Shown here piece by piece: positions 46,517-55,367 of a stretch of DNA of 64,000 bases. The notes beneath the pieces were generated by a model. That model did no database searches. It was not told where the DNA came from and saw nothing but the letters and a program-made list of their open reading frames with translations. Origin of the DNA: Alphaproteobacteria bacterium (GTDB taxonomy: Bacteria > Pseudomonadota > Alphaproteobacteria > Bin95); NCBI GenBank assembly GCA_965222315.1, contig OZ244951.1, forward strand, positions 1,644,346-1,708,345, given 5' to 3'. Position numbers and translations under genes: made by a program. How positions within the stretch are numbered: the stretch's first letter is position 1; the number at the start of each line of letters is the position of its first letter.

Positions 46517-47445
46517 GAGCCCGACCCGAAAATCGATCAGGAATAGCAATATCTTGCGAGGCGTCGGGCAGTGAGACGTATGTGAGCGACGTTGATCCAA
46601 GCCTCGGCAGACGCAATGGATTTCTCCCAGTCCTTCGCCAGTCTGCGGCATCGGCCGAGCTAGGCGAAGGTGCGTTCCACGACCCAGCGACGCGGGATGA
46701 CCTCGAAGCCTCCGGCGGTGTCGGAGCGCTTCACAATCGGATCGTCCAGGCGCCGATCCGGTCGAGTGCACCACGCAGTTTGGGCCCGGCATAGCCACCA
46801 TCGGCGAAGATGTGTCTGAGCCATGGGCACGCTCTGCGGATCGAAGCGCACACCGCGGGCGCACCGTCACGATCCTGGATATCGGCGGCGTGGACGACGA
46901 GGCCGAAGAGCAGGCCGATGGTGTCCACGACCGCATGGCGCATGCGCCATTGATTTTCTTGCCTGCGTCATAGCCCCGAATGCCGCCGCTTTCCGTGCTT
47001 TTCACGCTCTGGCTATCGATAACGCCGGCCGTCGGCTGAGTTTCGCGGCCCTCCAACTCGCGTGTCTCCAGGGCGAGCGCAAATCTGATCGTCTGCAGCA
47101 GACCGCCAACACGCCAGTAATAGAAGTAGCGTTGCACGGTCGAGTATGGCGGAAATTCTTTCGGCAACATGGCCCACTGGCAGCCGGTGGCTGCATTGTA
47201 GAGGATCGCGTTCGTCACTTCGCGCAGGTTCGTTGTTCGCGGTCGCCTGAGCCGCTTCGGCGGCGGCATGAACGGCAAGATCAGCGCCCATTCTCTGTCC
47301 GTCAGGTCACCTGCATATCGAGGCGTCTCCCGCCGATACTCCAGGCGAGCGGCTTCGGTCGAGGACATTGTCGACTCCGTCTATTGTGGCAACCGGACAG
47401 AACCACAACCTCCTGAAACCGCTCAACTCATTTTGGGTTGGGCTC
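46517..47445 (-). mobile_element. IS5-family element, copy 2 (929 bp)
   Basis: IRs GAGCCCGACCCGAAAAT / ATTTTGGGTTGGGCTC. 3-bp duplication TGA. Confidence 0.85.
46538..47368 (-). pseudogene. IS5-family transposase, frameshifted
   Basis: MSSTEAARLEYRRETPRYAGDLTDREWALILPFMPPP...DAGKKING, then the frame is lost. The remainder (RHAVVDTIGLLFGLVVHAADIQDRDGA...) is in other frames. Confidence 0.8.
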
Positions 47446-47795
47446 TGATATCACTCAAATACTTTTAAGTCTGGCTCTAAGAAAATTTCATTTTTAGGCG
47501 GAAATAACAAATTTTTATTATAAAGAATCATTGGTGAATGAATGAAATCCCGATTATGATCATAACGTCAACATTCGTTACTGATATCGCTTCGAAAATG
47601 GCTGTTAAGAAATTGGTGGTGACGCCACCATGCGTGGTTCGTATATGGGGTCGAGTGCTGAATATGACGGTAAGCTCTGTGGCGGAGAGGATGGGTCCGA
47701 TGCCCAATCTTCTTCACCGTAAGTTATTGATTCTAATTCGAGTGGCTGGCGCGAAGCGGCAAACGCTCATCGTTATGTTGGTGGCTTTTGCCGGT

Positions 47796-48617
47796 CTACC
47801 GGCATACCGGCGGGGGGCCTGCGGATTCCTCCGCTTTGACCAGCGCTTTCAGCGTTGCCGTCCGTATTGTGCCGACTACGATGGTGCGACCGACCACCAG
47901 CGCCGGGGTTCCCGGAAATGCAAAGCGCCGGACCAGAGCTGCGCTCGTGTGAAGCTCGCGCGTCGTAGCGTCACTCGCCATATCCGCGAGCAGTCGATCC
48001 GCGTCGATCCCTGCGGATTGCGCCACGTCTCGCAGGTATGCTTCGCTCGGCGCGAAGCTCGTCCGCTGCAGCCGCCGGTTGAACGCACTCTGCGCTCCCT
48101 GCCGTCCCGCGGCGATCGCCGCCCGCGCCGAGATTTCGGATGACTCACCAAGGATCGGCCATTCGTGGCGCTGGATATGCACGCGCCCACGTGCCTCGGC
48201 CTCCAGCGCGATCAGGTCCTCAAGGATAAGCTCGCAATTGGGACAATTGAAGTCGGAGAAGTACGCGATGGGCACAACTCCAAGCTGGAAGCCTGCCCGG
48301 CCGAAAAGGGCGCTGCAGAAATCCGCCTCAGGGATGACTTCGTCCATCTCGGCAACCTCACCGGACGCAGCGATCCCGGCGAAGGGATCAATTGCGCCGG
48401 TTGTCGATCCGACAAGGCTTAGGCGCCGAAACCCGGCCGGATCGTCCACCGGAATGAAGCTGAGATCGTCGGTCGCCTGGTCGAGCAGCCAGGAGGCGCC
48501 ATGAAAGAACGTGACCGCTCCGGCCGCGGCTGCGAGGAAGACAAGCAGGCCGCGACGGCCGCTTTTTGCAACGGTCCGTTGCGTTGCCTCGGGCACACCA
48601 TCCTTGTCCTGGGTCAT
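47796..48617 (-). CDS. DsbA-family thiol oxidoreductase (exported/anchored)
   Basis: YFSDFNCPNCELILEDL (CxxC) and FPGTPALVVG. Start set at MTQDKDG (48617), overlapping the ccdA stop. Confidence 0.7.
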   Translation of the reverse strand: MTQDKDGVPEATQRTVAKSGRRGLLVFLAAAAGAVTFFHGASWLLDQATDDLSFIPVDDPAGFRRLSLVGSTTGAIDPFAGIAASGEVAEMDEVIPEADFCSALFGRAGFQLGVVPIAYFSDFNCPNCELILEDLIALEAEARGRVHIQRHEWPILGESSEISARAAIAAGRQGAQSAFNRRLQRTSFAPSEAYLRDVAQSAGIDADRLLADMASDATTRELHTSAALVRRFAFPGTPALVVGRTIVVGTIRTATLKALVKAEESAGPPPVCR

Positions 48618-49342
48618 CCGATGCGCCCCAGAGCCGGGAAGGCGTCCAGCAGCCAATAGGACATTGCACTGAGTTGACCTGTCATCATCGCTACTCCCAT
48701 CAGAATCATGATTGCGCCCGCACCCTGGTGTAGTCTGCGCCCGATCCGTCCCACGCCCCGCAATCGCCCGGCGAGCCGGTCGGTAAAGGCGGCGACGATA
48801 AGGAACGGCACGCCAAGTCCGGCGGAGTAGATCGCGAGCAGGGTGACGCCCTGGCCGACCGTTGCGCTCGCCGCGCTGGCGGTCAGGATCGCGCCGAGTA
48901 TGGGGCCGATACATGGCGTCCAGCCGAAACCGAAGGCGAGCCCCAGCACGTAGGACGCGGCAGGCCTACCGCCGGGGATGTCGAGATGGAAGCGCAGCTC
49001 CCGCTCCATCGCGCCGATGCGCGCCGCGCCGATCATGAAGAACCCGAACAGGATTACGATTCCGCCGCCAACGAGATTGAGCTCGTAGCGCCATTGCAGC
49101 AATGCCTGGCCCACTGCCGTCGCCGAAGCGCCGAGCGCCATGAAGATGGTGGAAAAGCCGAGGACGAAGCAGAGACTGAGCCAGATGACATGCCCCCGGC
49201 CGAACCGAGCCTCACTGACCGTGGTCCGTCCGGCGATGTAAGATACGTAACCCGGCACCAGCGGCAGGACGCAAGGTGATACGAAGGAGATCGTCCCGGC
49301 CAGCAAAGCCGCGGTCATCCCGAGAAGCGATAGGTCAGCCAT
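48614..49342 (-). CDS. ccdA: CcdA/DsbD-family transmembrane thiol-disulfide electron transporter
   Basis: LLAGTISFVSPCVLPLVPGY and FGWTPCIGPILG (two conserved Cys). Confidence 0.8.
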   Translation of the reverse strand: MADLSLLGMTAALLAGTISFVSPCVLPLVPGYVSYIAGRTTVSEARFGRGHVIWLSLCFVLGFSTIFMALGASATAVGQALLQWRYELNLVGGGIVILFGFFMIGAARIGAMERELRFHLDIPGGRPAASYVLGLAFGFGWTPCIGPILGAILTASAASATVGQGVTLLAIYSAGLGVPFLIVAAFTDRLAGRLRGVGRIGRRLHQGAGAIMILMGVAMMTGQLSAMSYWLLDAFPALGRIG

Positions 49343-49835
49343 GCGCGACTTCCACACGTGCGCGCCGCCACGGCCGGAGGCCGGTGGCCCAGCAGTAGCC
49401 GACAACCGGGATGACGACCCATTGCAGGATCGGACTCAGCCCCGCGTCGATCACCGGGATCACCGGCATCATCTCGCGATAGGCCCAGGCCTCGCGCAGC
49501 TCGATGTTCAGCCACTCGCTGAAGATCGTATAGGCGACGCCGAAGATTACCGCGCCCCCGAGCACGCGGCGTACGCGATTGTGGGGCCAATCCGCGCTTC
49601 CGAAAATACAAAGCGACAGCATGATCGTGCTGAGCGTGATTAGGATATCGCCACCGGTGCAATGAACCGCGGCGAACGCGAGTTCACTGGGTGTGCCCGT
49701 GAGCCAGATGGTATAGAGCGGCAGGTGCGCGAATTCCCAGACCAGATGGGCAATGGCGGCGAAGGCGAAATACCTACGAAGCGCACCCAGCCAATCTTGT
49801 CCCGGCGCCGCACATTTACCTGGCCGCGCCATCAT
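49335..49835 (-). CDS. Integral membrane protein of unknown function
   Basis: 166 aa, 4-5 TM segments (AIAHLVWEFAHLPLYTIW..., VHCTGGDILITL). Translationally coupled on both sides. Confidence 0.55.
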   Translation of the reverse strand: MMARPGKCAAPGQDWLGALRRYFAFAAIAHLVWEFAHLPLYTIWLTGTPSELAFAAVHCTGGDILITLSTIMLSLCIFGSADWPHNRVRRVLGGAVIFGVAYTIFSEWLNIELREAWAYREMMPVIPVIDAGLSPILQWVVIPVVGYCWATGLRPWRRARVEVAHG

Positions 49836-50446
49836 CGAAATGCTCCGAACAGTCGGTCCAGCAGTCCCGGTTCGGGCGGCGGCGCGTTGGTCAGGCCGTT
49901 GATGTAGAGCACCATGTTCATGCGCCCGAACCCTGCGCCGTGGAAAATGCCGGCATGACGTCCGCCCCGGTCGATGACATGGACCATGGGTGTATCCGTC
50001 CCTCGAGCAGAGAGCGTCGCGAAGGCCGCGGCGGTTTCCACCACCGTTCCGTCGGCGGGATTGAAAGAACGCCAGTTCCCGGCCTCTTCGTCCGGTTCGA
50101 ACGCCGCGTCGCCGCTAAAGTTCAGGAACTGGACCATGTCGCGCATCGGCGTGATGTTTACCGCATCGCGGACCTCCTGCAGAAGCGCCTGCTGATCCGC
50201 GCAGAGCGCGCCGCACCCGTCAGGTCGGAAACTGAGCACGACGATCTGATCGGCAAGCCCTGACAGATCGTGGCTGGCGCCATCCGCCCCGGTAAACACC
50301 AGCGCCGGCATGCGGCGCGAATCCCTGGGCTCGAAGGCCGGTTCCTTTTCCGCCATCACTTCGTCGAGACGTTCGCCGGGATGGTGCGCGGCGGCCGGTG
50401 CGGCGCCTGCGAGGGACAGTAAGGCGACAAGGGCAGTCAGCCTCAT
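49832..50446 (-). CDS. Divergent SCO-like thioredoxin-fold protein (C-x3-C = CGALC)
   Basis: Signal peptide. VVLSFRPDGCGALCADQQ aligns with the SCO motif FFGF..CPD.CP. MVHVID matches the position of the SCO His. Confidence 0.55.
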   Translation of the reverse strand: MRLTALVALLSLAGAAPAAAHHPGERLDEVMAEKEPAFEPRDSRRMPALVFTGADGASHDLSGLADQIVVLSFRPDGCGALCADQQALLQEVRDAVNITPMRDMVQFLNFSGDAAFEPDEEAGNWRSFNPADGTVVETAAAFATLSARGTDTPMVHVIDRGGRHAGIFHGAGFGRMNMVLYINGLTNAPPPEPGLLDRLFGAFR

Positions 50447-50883
50447 GGTTTTACCTCCGGCCCCGCCGCCGCAACTCCGAGCACTGGGACCTCCACGGTG
50501 ATCGCACCCGCGCGCTCGAATGTCAGCGTCAGTGGAAACGAGGTACCTTCGTCGAGTTTGCCCGCGAGCCCCATAAGCATGAGATGCATCCCGCCGGGAG
50601 CAAACCGAACCGTCTGTCCCGCCTCCAGATCGAGCGCGTCAAGATGGATCATACGCGTGGCGGCACCCGCTCCCGTCTCGGAGGCATGGATCATCACGTG
50701 ATCCGCGACTGGCGTCGTCGCTGACAGCAGTCGGTCGTCGGCATCGCTGCTCAGCGCAAGATAGGCCGCGCCCGGGCGCGACGCGAGAATGCTGGCCCGC
50801 GCCCAGGGGTCGCTGACGAGGACCTCCGCCAGCGCGGCTGCGGGAAATGCGGCAATACACACCGCGGCAAGATAAAGCTTCAT
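50443..50883 (-). CDS. PCu(A)C copper chaperone (DUF461)
   Basis: SDPWARAS...AYLAL...VMIHASE...PGGMHLMLMGLAGKLDEGTSFPLTLTF. Confidence 0.85.
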   Translation of the reverse strand: MKLYLAAVCIAAFPAAALAEVLVSDPWARASILASRPGAAYLALSSDADDRLLSATTPVADHVMIHASETGAGAATRMIHLDALDLEAGQTVRFAPGGMHLMLMGLAGKLDEGTSFPLTLTFERAGAITVEVPVLGVAAAGPEVKP

Positions 50884-51536
50884 CAGGATCTTCCATCCCT
50901 CTCGATACGCATGAGAATTTCGTCGGCGAGCGCCTCGGGCGGCTGATCGCCTTCCCGGTAGACGGAGTCGAAGCCGCCGTCGGGGCGCATCAGGTAGATG
51001 TAGCCGGAATGCGCCATCAGATAGCCGTCGGGCGCGGTTGCGTCCTCGGATCGCTCGTACCAGACGCGGAAATTGCCGGCGGCCTCGGAGATCTGTGCCT
51101 CGGTCCCAGTGAGGCCGATCAGCCGCGAATGGAACGCGGCTACGTACTCCGCCATAACGTCGACGGTGTCGCGCGCCGGATCCACGGTGATGAAGATTGG
51201 CGCAACCCGGTCAGCTTCAGGCCCGAGGATGTCCATCACGCTGGCCATGTAGGCGAGTGTGGTCGGGCAGATGTCGGGACAGAATGTAAAACCGAAGAAC
51301 ACCAGTTGCCACCGCCCGTCGTAAGCATCGGGCGTCACCGAGCGCCCTGTATGATCGGTCAGGGTATAGGCGTTGACAATCTCGGCCTTGCCCGTCACGC
51401 GGGGCGTCGGCAGGTCGGAGGGGGTGAGGGCGCGCCAGAGAACGGCGCCGCCGAAAGCCAAGGCGGATCCGGCAACGGCCACCCAGAGAAGGCGCCGGAT
51501 GCGTCGCAAGCCATTGGCATTGGAAGTGGCGTTCAT
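50883..51536 (-). CDS. SCO1/SenC-family copper chaperone
   Basis: FFGFTFCPDICPTTL and LMAHSGYIYLM. Start set at MNATSNANG (51536). The upstream ORF extension is rejected. Confidence 0.85.
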   Translation of the reverse strand: MNATSNANGLRRIRRLLWVAVAGSALAFGGAVLWRALTPSDLPTPRVTGKAEIVNAYTLTDHTGRSVTPDAYDGRWQLVFFGFTFCPDICPTTLAYMASVMDILGPEADRVAPIFITVDPARDTVDVMAEYVAAFHSRLIGLTGTEAQISEAAGNFRVWYERSEDATAPDGYLMAHSGYIYLMRPDGGFDSVYREGDQPPEALADEILMRIERDGRS

Positions 51537-51595
51537 CGGATCAGGTCTTTCAGGAAGGTCGCCCGGGCGGCGGGTGCAGCCCGGGCGTCTTGATG

Positions 51596-51838
51596 TCAGC
51601 CGCCCTGTGGCGCTGGGGTCTTGCCTTGCCCGGCAGGGGGCGTCGCACTGTCGGGGTGGCCGGGCTGATGATGCGCCATCTGCTGCATCATCTCGGTGCA
51701 GTGCTCCATCATCGGGCCCATGGCCTGCATCATCTGCATCATGCCCTGCATCTGTCCCTCGGGCATGGCGGGGGCGTCGTTCTCCGCCAGCGCGGCGGAG
51801 GTGGCGAGCCCGAGGCCAAGAACGGCGGCCGTTGCCAC
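51596..51838 (-). pseudogene. Duplicate of the Met/His-rich periplasmic protein gene lacking its native N-terminus
   Basis: Identical to 52122-52357, but the N-terminus MKTIQKYAM is replaced at the duplication junction. Confidence 0.7.
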
Positions 51839-52062
51839 CGCGCGTCGTAAGCATCGGGCGTCACCGAGCGCCCTGTATGATTGGTCAGGGTATAGGCGTT
51901 GACAATCTCGGCCTTGCCCGTCACGCGGGGCGTCGGCAGGTCGGAGGGGGTGAGGGCGCGCCAGAGAACGGCGCCGCCGAAAGCCAAGGCGGATCCGGCA
52001 ACGGCCACCCAGAGAAGGCGCCGGATGCGTCGCAAGCCATTGGCATTGGAAGTGGCGTTCAT
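51832..52062 (-). pseudogene. Duplicated 5' fragment of the SCO gene
   Basis: MNATSNANGLRRIRRLLWVAVAGSALAFGG...TPDAYD(G/A)RWQ. It then runs into the junction. Confidence 0.8.
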
Positions 52063-52121
52063 CGGATCAGGTCTTTCAGGAAGGTCGCCCGGGCGGCGGG
52101 TGCAGCCCGGGCGTCTTGATG

Positions 52122-52382
52122 TCAGCCGCCCTGTGGCGCTGGGGTCTTGCCTTGCCCGGCAGGGGGCGTCGCACTGTCGGGGTGGCCGGGCTGATGATGC
52201 GCCATCTGCTGCATCATCTCGGTGCAGTGCTCCATCATCGGGCCCATGGCCTGCATCATCTGCATCATGCCCTGCATCTGTCCCTCGGGCATGGCGGGGG
52301 CGTCGTTCTCCGCCAGCGCGGCGGAGGTGGCGAGCCCGAGGCCAAGAACGGCGGCCATTGCGTATTTCTGGATCGTCTTCAT
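52122..52382 (-). CDS. Small exported Met/His-rich protein (candidate Cu(I) binder)
   Basis: Signal peptide, then APAMPEGQMQGMMQMMQAMGPMMEHCTEMMQQMAHHQPGH. Confidence 0.6.
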   Translation of the reverse strand: MKTIQKYAMAAVLGLGLATSAALAENDAPAMPEGQMQGMMQMMQAMGPMMEHCTEMMQQMAHHQPGHPDSATPPAGQGKTPAPQGG

Positions 52383-52410
52383 CGGATTGCTCCTTTTGGT
52401 GTGGCGAGGG

Positions 52411-52692
52411 TCACTCCCTCGGGGTATCCGGACCGGCGTCCGAATTCTTCTGGGCGGCGCAGGATTTCGAGCCGCCCATCATGCAGAGCCCCAACCCGCA
52501 CATGACGGCGCAGGGAGCGAGGGCGAGGATCAGGGGGGCGGCGCCGATAGCGGCCACCCAGCCCCAGTTGAGCCACAGCCCTGCGCCGATCAGCGCCATA
52601 GCGCCGAGGATAAGGCCGCGGCGCCCGAACGGAATGGAGAAGCCCCCCGGTCGGGCGGCGTTCTGGTCATAAGGTGTGTCAGGCATGGTCAT
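52411..52692 (-). CDS. Small membrane protein with Cys-rich C-terminal segment
   Basis: 93 aa, two TM segments, LAPCAVMCGLGLCMMGGSKSC. Stop is 29 bp upstream of the next gene and the start overlaps the tlpA-like stop. Confidence 0.5.
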   Translation of the reverse strand: MTMPDTPYDQNAARPGGFSIPFGRRGLILGAMALIGAGLWLNWGWVAAIGAAPLILALAPCAVMCGLGLCMMGGSKSCAAQKNSDAGPDTPRE

Positions 52693-53210
52693 CTGTTCCT
52701 TTCAGCGATGATGGTCTGGAATTGCGCGATCGCCTCCGCGCTGTCCCATTCGGCGGGACCCGTCAGGCGGCCGCGTTCGCGCCCCTGCCGGTCGATCAGC
52801 AGGGTCGTGGGCAGCCCGATGACAGAGAAGGCGCGCATCGCGCGGATGTCCTCGGCGAGGTACTGGCCCAGGTGTCGGATGCCGATCTCGTCGTAGAAGC
52901 GCCGGACCGGCCCGAGCCCCGCCCGGTCTATGGACAGGGGCAGGACGTGGAAATCGTCACCGCCAAGCTGCGCCTGCAGACGGTCGAGCGTCGGCATCTC
53001 CTCGCGGCAAGGCGCGCACCAAGTGGCCCAGACGTTCAGCAGCACTATGCGGCCCCGGAAATCCGCCAGCGTCAGGTCGCGCCCGTCGCCATCTACGAAC
53101 GGCGGCGAGAGCATCTCGCGCGGGGTCTCGTGCAGCGGCATCAAGGGTTGTGCGGCAGCGGGCATGGCGGCAAGCGCCAGCGCACCGGTCAGCAGGTCGC
53201 GCCGCCTCAT
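52689..53210 (-). CDS. TlpA/ResA-like periplasmic thioredoxin
   Basis: Signal MRRRDLLTGALALAAMPAAA. LNVWATWCAPCREEMP. Start set at 53210 (ATGA overlap). Confidence 0.8.
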   Translation of the reverse strand: MRRRDLLTGALALAAMPAAAQPLMPLHETPREMLSPPFVDGDGRDLTLADFRGRIVLLNVWATWCAPCREEMPTLDRLQAQLGGDDFHVLPLSIDRAGLGPVRRFYDEIGIRHLGQYLAEDIRAMRAFSVIGLPTTLLIDRQGRERGRLTGPAEWDSAEAIAQFQTIIAERNR

Positions 53211-53785
53211 GATCCGTCCTCCGCCTGCAACTGGCGAACGACGGGCAGGATCTCTTCCTCCAGTACGCGGCGATCGAAGGGCCCAACATGCTTGGATGCG
53301 ATCCGCCCCCCGGCATCGACAACGAAGGTCTCGGGCAGGCCGTAGACGCCCCAGTCGATGGAGACACGCCCGTTCCGGTCGGCGCCAATCCGGGTATAGG
53401 GGTCGCCGAGCTCGGCGAGAAACCCGAGCGCTGCGTCGGGAGCGTCCTTGTAATTGATCCCGTAGATCGGAACCGTCCCGGTTTCGGCCAGTTGGACCAA
53501 CAGGGGCATCTCCACACGGCAGGGCACGCACCAGGAGGCCCAGACGTTCACGATGGAGACCTCGCCGCGCAGGTCCTCCGACGAAAGACCGTCGCTGCGC
53601 CCTTCGATCGGCGGCAGGGCGAAATCCGGTACCGATCGCCCGATCAGCGCCGATGGCAGCCGGTCGTCCTTGTTCCAAAGCCCCCAGTATAAGGCGACGA
53701 AAATCAGCGCCACGATAGCGACGGGTATCATCGCGAGCAGCCTTCCGCCCACAGGGCGAGCGATATGACGGTCTCCGTCGCTCAT
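53207..53785 (-). CDS. CcmG/DsbE-type thiol:disulfide interchange protein
   Basis: VNVWASWCVPCRVEMP, YGINYKD, GVYGLPETFVVD. Confidence 0.8.
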   Translation of the reverse strand: MSDGDRHIARPVGGRLLAMIPVAIVALIFVALYWGLWNKDDRLPSALIGRSVPDFALPPIEGRSDGLSSEDLRGEVSIVNVWASWCVPCRVEMPLLVQLAETGTVPIYGINYKDAPDAALGFLAELGDPYTRIGADRNGRVSIDWGVYGLPETFVVDAGGRIASKHVGPFDRRVLEEEILPVVRQLQAEDGS

Positions 53786-54267
53786 GACCCGCCCTCATCG
53801 GCGGCTGTGATCCGCGCCTGGTTGTCGCGCTCCCGCTCGGGCCAGGTGCTTTTGATGAAGGCCAAAACCGCGGCGATTTCGTCATCGGACAGGATGTCCT
53901 CGAAGGCGGGCATGTCGCTCTCGTAGCCGGGCACGACGGCGCTCACACCGAGCTTGGTTATCGTGAACAATTGGCGGTCGGCATGGTGCCAGGTATGGCC
54001 GCTCGCATCGTGCGGCGGCGCAGGCATCCGGCCGTTCTCGTTCCGCCTGCGCCAGTCGGGCTGCCCTTCCAGGTTCGCCCCGTGACAGGAGGCGCAATTG
54101 GCGGCGTAAACCTCCTGCCCAAGCGCAAGCTGCGCCGCGGTGACCGTCTCGCCGAGGAAGGTCAGACTTTCGACGTCCGCCCCTTTTGGGGTCGCCGCGA
54201 TCCAGCCTGCCGCACCGATCGCCGCCACAAGAGCGGCGGCTGCTGCGATCGAGCGCCGGCGCGTCAT
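53782..54267 (-). CDS. Membrane-anchored mono-haem c-type cytochrome
   Basis: CASCHGANLEGQP...MPAF. Start set at MTRRRSIAAAAA (54267). Confidence 0.75.
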   Translation of the reverse strand: MTRRRSIAAAAALVAAIGAAGWIAATPKGADVESLTFLGETVTAAQLALGQEVYAANCASCHGANLEGQPDWRRRNENGRMPAPPHDASGHTWHHADRQLFTITKLGVSAVVPGYESDMPAFEDILSDDEIAAVLAFIKSTWPERERDNQARITAADEGGS

Positions 54268-54404
54268 CCGGGCCTCCGCAGATACTTGATCAGCGCCGCC
54301 GCCGCGAGGACCAAGACCGCGATCAGCAGCAGTAGGACGAGTCCGCCGCCCAGCATCATGCCCATCATAGACCCGCCCATCATCTGGCCCATGCAGTCGC
54401 CCAT
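54264..54404 (-). CDS. 46-aa Met/Gly-rich single-TM peptide
   Basis: MGDCMGQMMGGSMMGMMLGGGLVLLLLIAVLVLAAAALIKYLRRPG. Start and stop overlap the neighbouring genes. Confidence 0.4.
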   Translation of the reverse strand: MGDCMGQMMGGSMMGMMLGGGLVLLLLIAVLVLAAAALIKYLRRPG

Positions 54405-54946
54405 CAGCCTGCCTCCCTGGTATCGTCGCGCCATGCCACCACCCAAGCGGCGACGAGTGCGAAGAGGATATGGCCGACGAGCGCGACCCAAGTGATGCCG
54501 GTGAAGCCGAGAAAGGCCGGATTACCGGCGACGAGATGCGCCATAACGTAAAGCGCAAAGACCCAGAGCAGGACGCCGTAGAGGACGGCAGGCACCGCCC
54601 AGCCCAGCCCCGAGGCGAGCGTGCGCGCGATGGGCCTCGCGAGCACCATCCAGCCAACTGGATAGGCAACCATCCCCGCGAAGTAGTGCAGGAATTCGGC
54701 GCCTGGTCGGTATGGCGCACCGAACAGCGTCTGGATCACGTTGTTGGCGAGTGGAACTGGCGCAAGATTGGCGAAGCCCAGCATCGGGCTGAGGCTCTGG
54801 CCGAAGAAGTCGAAGGCGACGGTGGCGCAGGCACCCGCCAGAGCCATCGTGAAGAGGCCGGCCCGCGTGAAGTGCGCACTTACGGCGTCCGCTATGGCGG
54901 CGCCCAAGTTCCTCCGCGGGGTGGTTGCGATGTCATTCATCGGCAT
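54404..54946 (-). CDS. Integral membrane protein of unknown function
   Basis: 180 aa, ~4 TM segments. Coupled to copG-like and to the small peptide gene. Confidence 0.55.
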   Translation of the reverse strand: MPMNDIATTPRRNLGAAIADAVSAHFTRAGLFTMALAGACATVAFDFFGQSLSPMLGFANLAPVPLANNVIQTLFGAPYRPGAEFLHYFAGMVAYPVGWMVLARPIARTLASGLGWAVPAVLYGVLLWVFALYVMAHLVAGNPAFLGFTGITWVALVGHILFALVAAWVVAWRDDTREAG

Positions 54947-55367
54947 AGACCGTCACTCCGTTGGGCCCGAATGAGTAGGTGCGCAGCGTGCCCGTCTTCG
55001 CTGGCGCCATCCCTGGTGCATTGGCGGGCATGCCGGGCAGCGTGATGCCAGTGATGTCGGGACGTTCCTTGAGCAGCCGCTCGATGATCTCGGCGGGAAC
55101 CAGACCGCTGACGACATAGCCGTCAATCATGGCGAGGTGGCAGCCCACCCCCTGCTCGGGCACGCCTGCGGCGACAGAGCGATCGACGAAGTCATTATCG
55201 TCGACCACGGTGACCGCGAAGCCCTCCGCCCGCAGGTATTCGGCATAGGCGTCGCAGCAGCCGCAGCCGGGACTGCGCCAGATGGTAACGGGCTCGGCTG
55301 CGAGCGCCGGGGTGGCTGAAGCCAGGAAAACGGCCAAGGCGAGACGTTTCATGTGATGTCCTTTCAT
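54933..55367 (-). CDS. copG: CopG-like DUF411 metal-binding periplasmic protein
   Basis: Signal peptide, then WRSPGCGCCDAYAEYL (CxCC) and GITLPGMP. Confidence 0.8.
   Translation of the reverse strand: MKGHHMKRLALAVFLASATPALAAEPVTIWRSPGCGCCDAYAEYLRAEGFAVTVVDDNDFVDRSVAAGVPEQGVGCHLAMIDGYVVSGLVPAEIIERLLKERPDITGITLPGMPANAPGMAPAKTGTLRTYSFGPNGVTVYADE

Larger units (their letters stand above)
46449..47474. mobile_element. MITE-like element, copy split by IS5 copy 2 (parts 46449-46516 and 47446-47474)
   Basis: GTGATATCATTCAAGGGCATTCGATCCTCCATCTTCTCGACAAAGACGGTTGAATCAC.CCCCTTTGA | IS5 | TGATATCACTCAA.TACTTTTA. The uninterrupted homolog is at 62190-62303. Confidence 0.7.
51306..52357. repeat. Tandem duplication, 2 x 526 bp, near-identical
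   Basis: 51306-51831 equals 51832-52357 apart from about 2 substitutions. Covers the 5' ~75 codons of SCO, the intergenic region and most of the Met-rich protein gene. Confidence 0.9.

Noticed and set aside
47538-48143. 201-aa plus-strand ORF starting in the AT-rich spacer
   Set aside because: Most of it is antisense to the DsbA-like gene and is Arg-rich with no motifs.
51306-52357. Repeated block considered as a CRISPR-like array or as two functional paralogous gene pairs
   Set aside because: There are only two long (526 bp) identical units with no spacers. It is a simple tandem duplication that truncates one copy of each gene.
52689-53885. 398-aa ORF suggesting a large fusion protein, and the 323-aa version of the SCO gene at 50883-51854
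   Set aside because: The N-terminal extensions run through neighbouring genes in another frame and are low-complexity. Internal ATGs with signal peptides and ATGA overlaps give canonical-size TlpA (53210) and SCO (51536) proteins.
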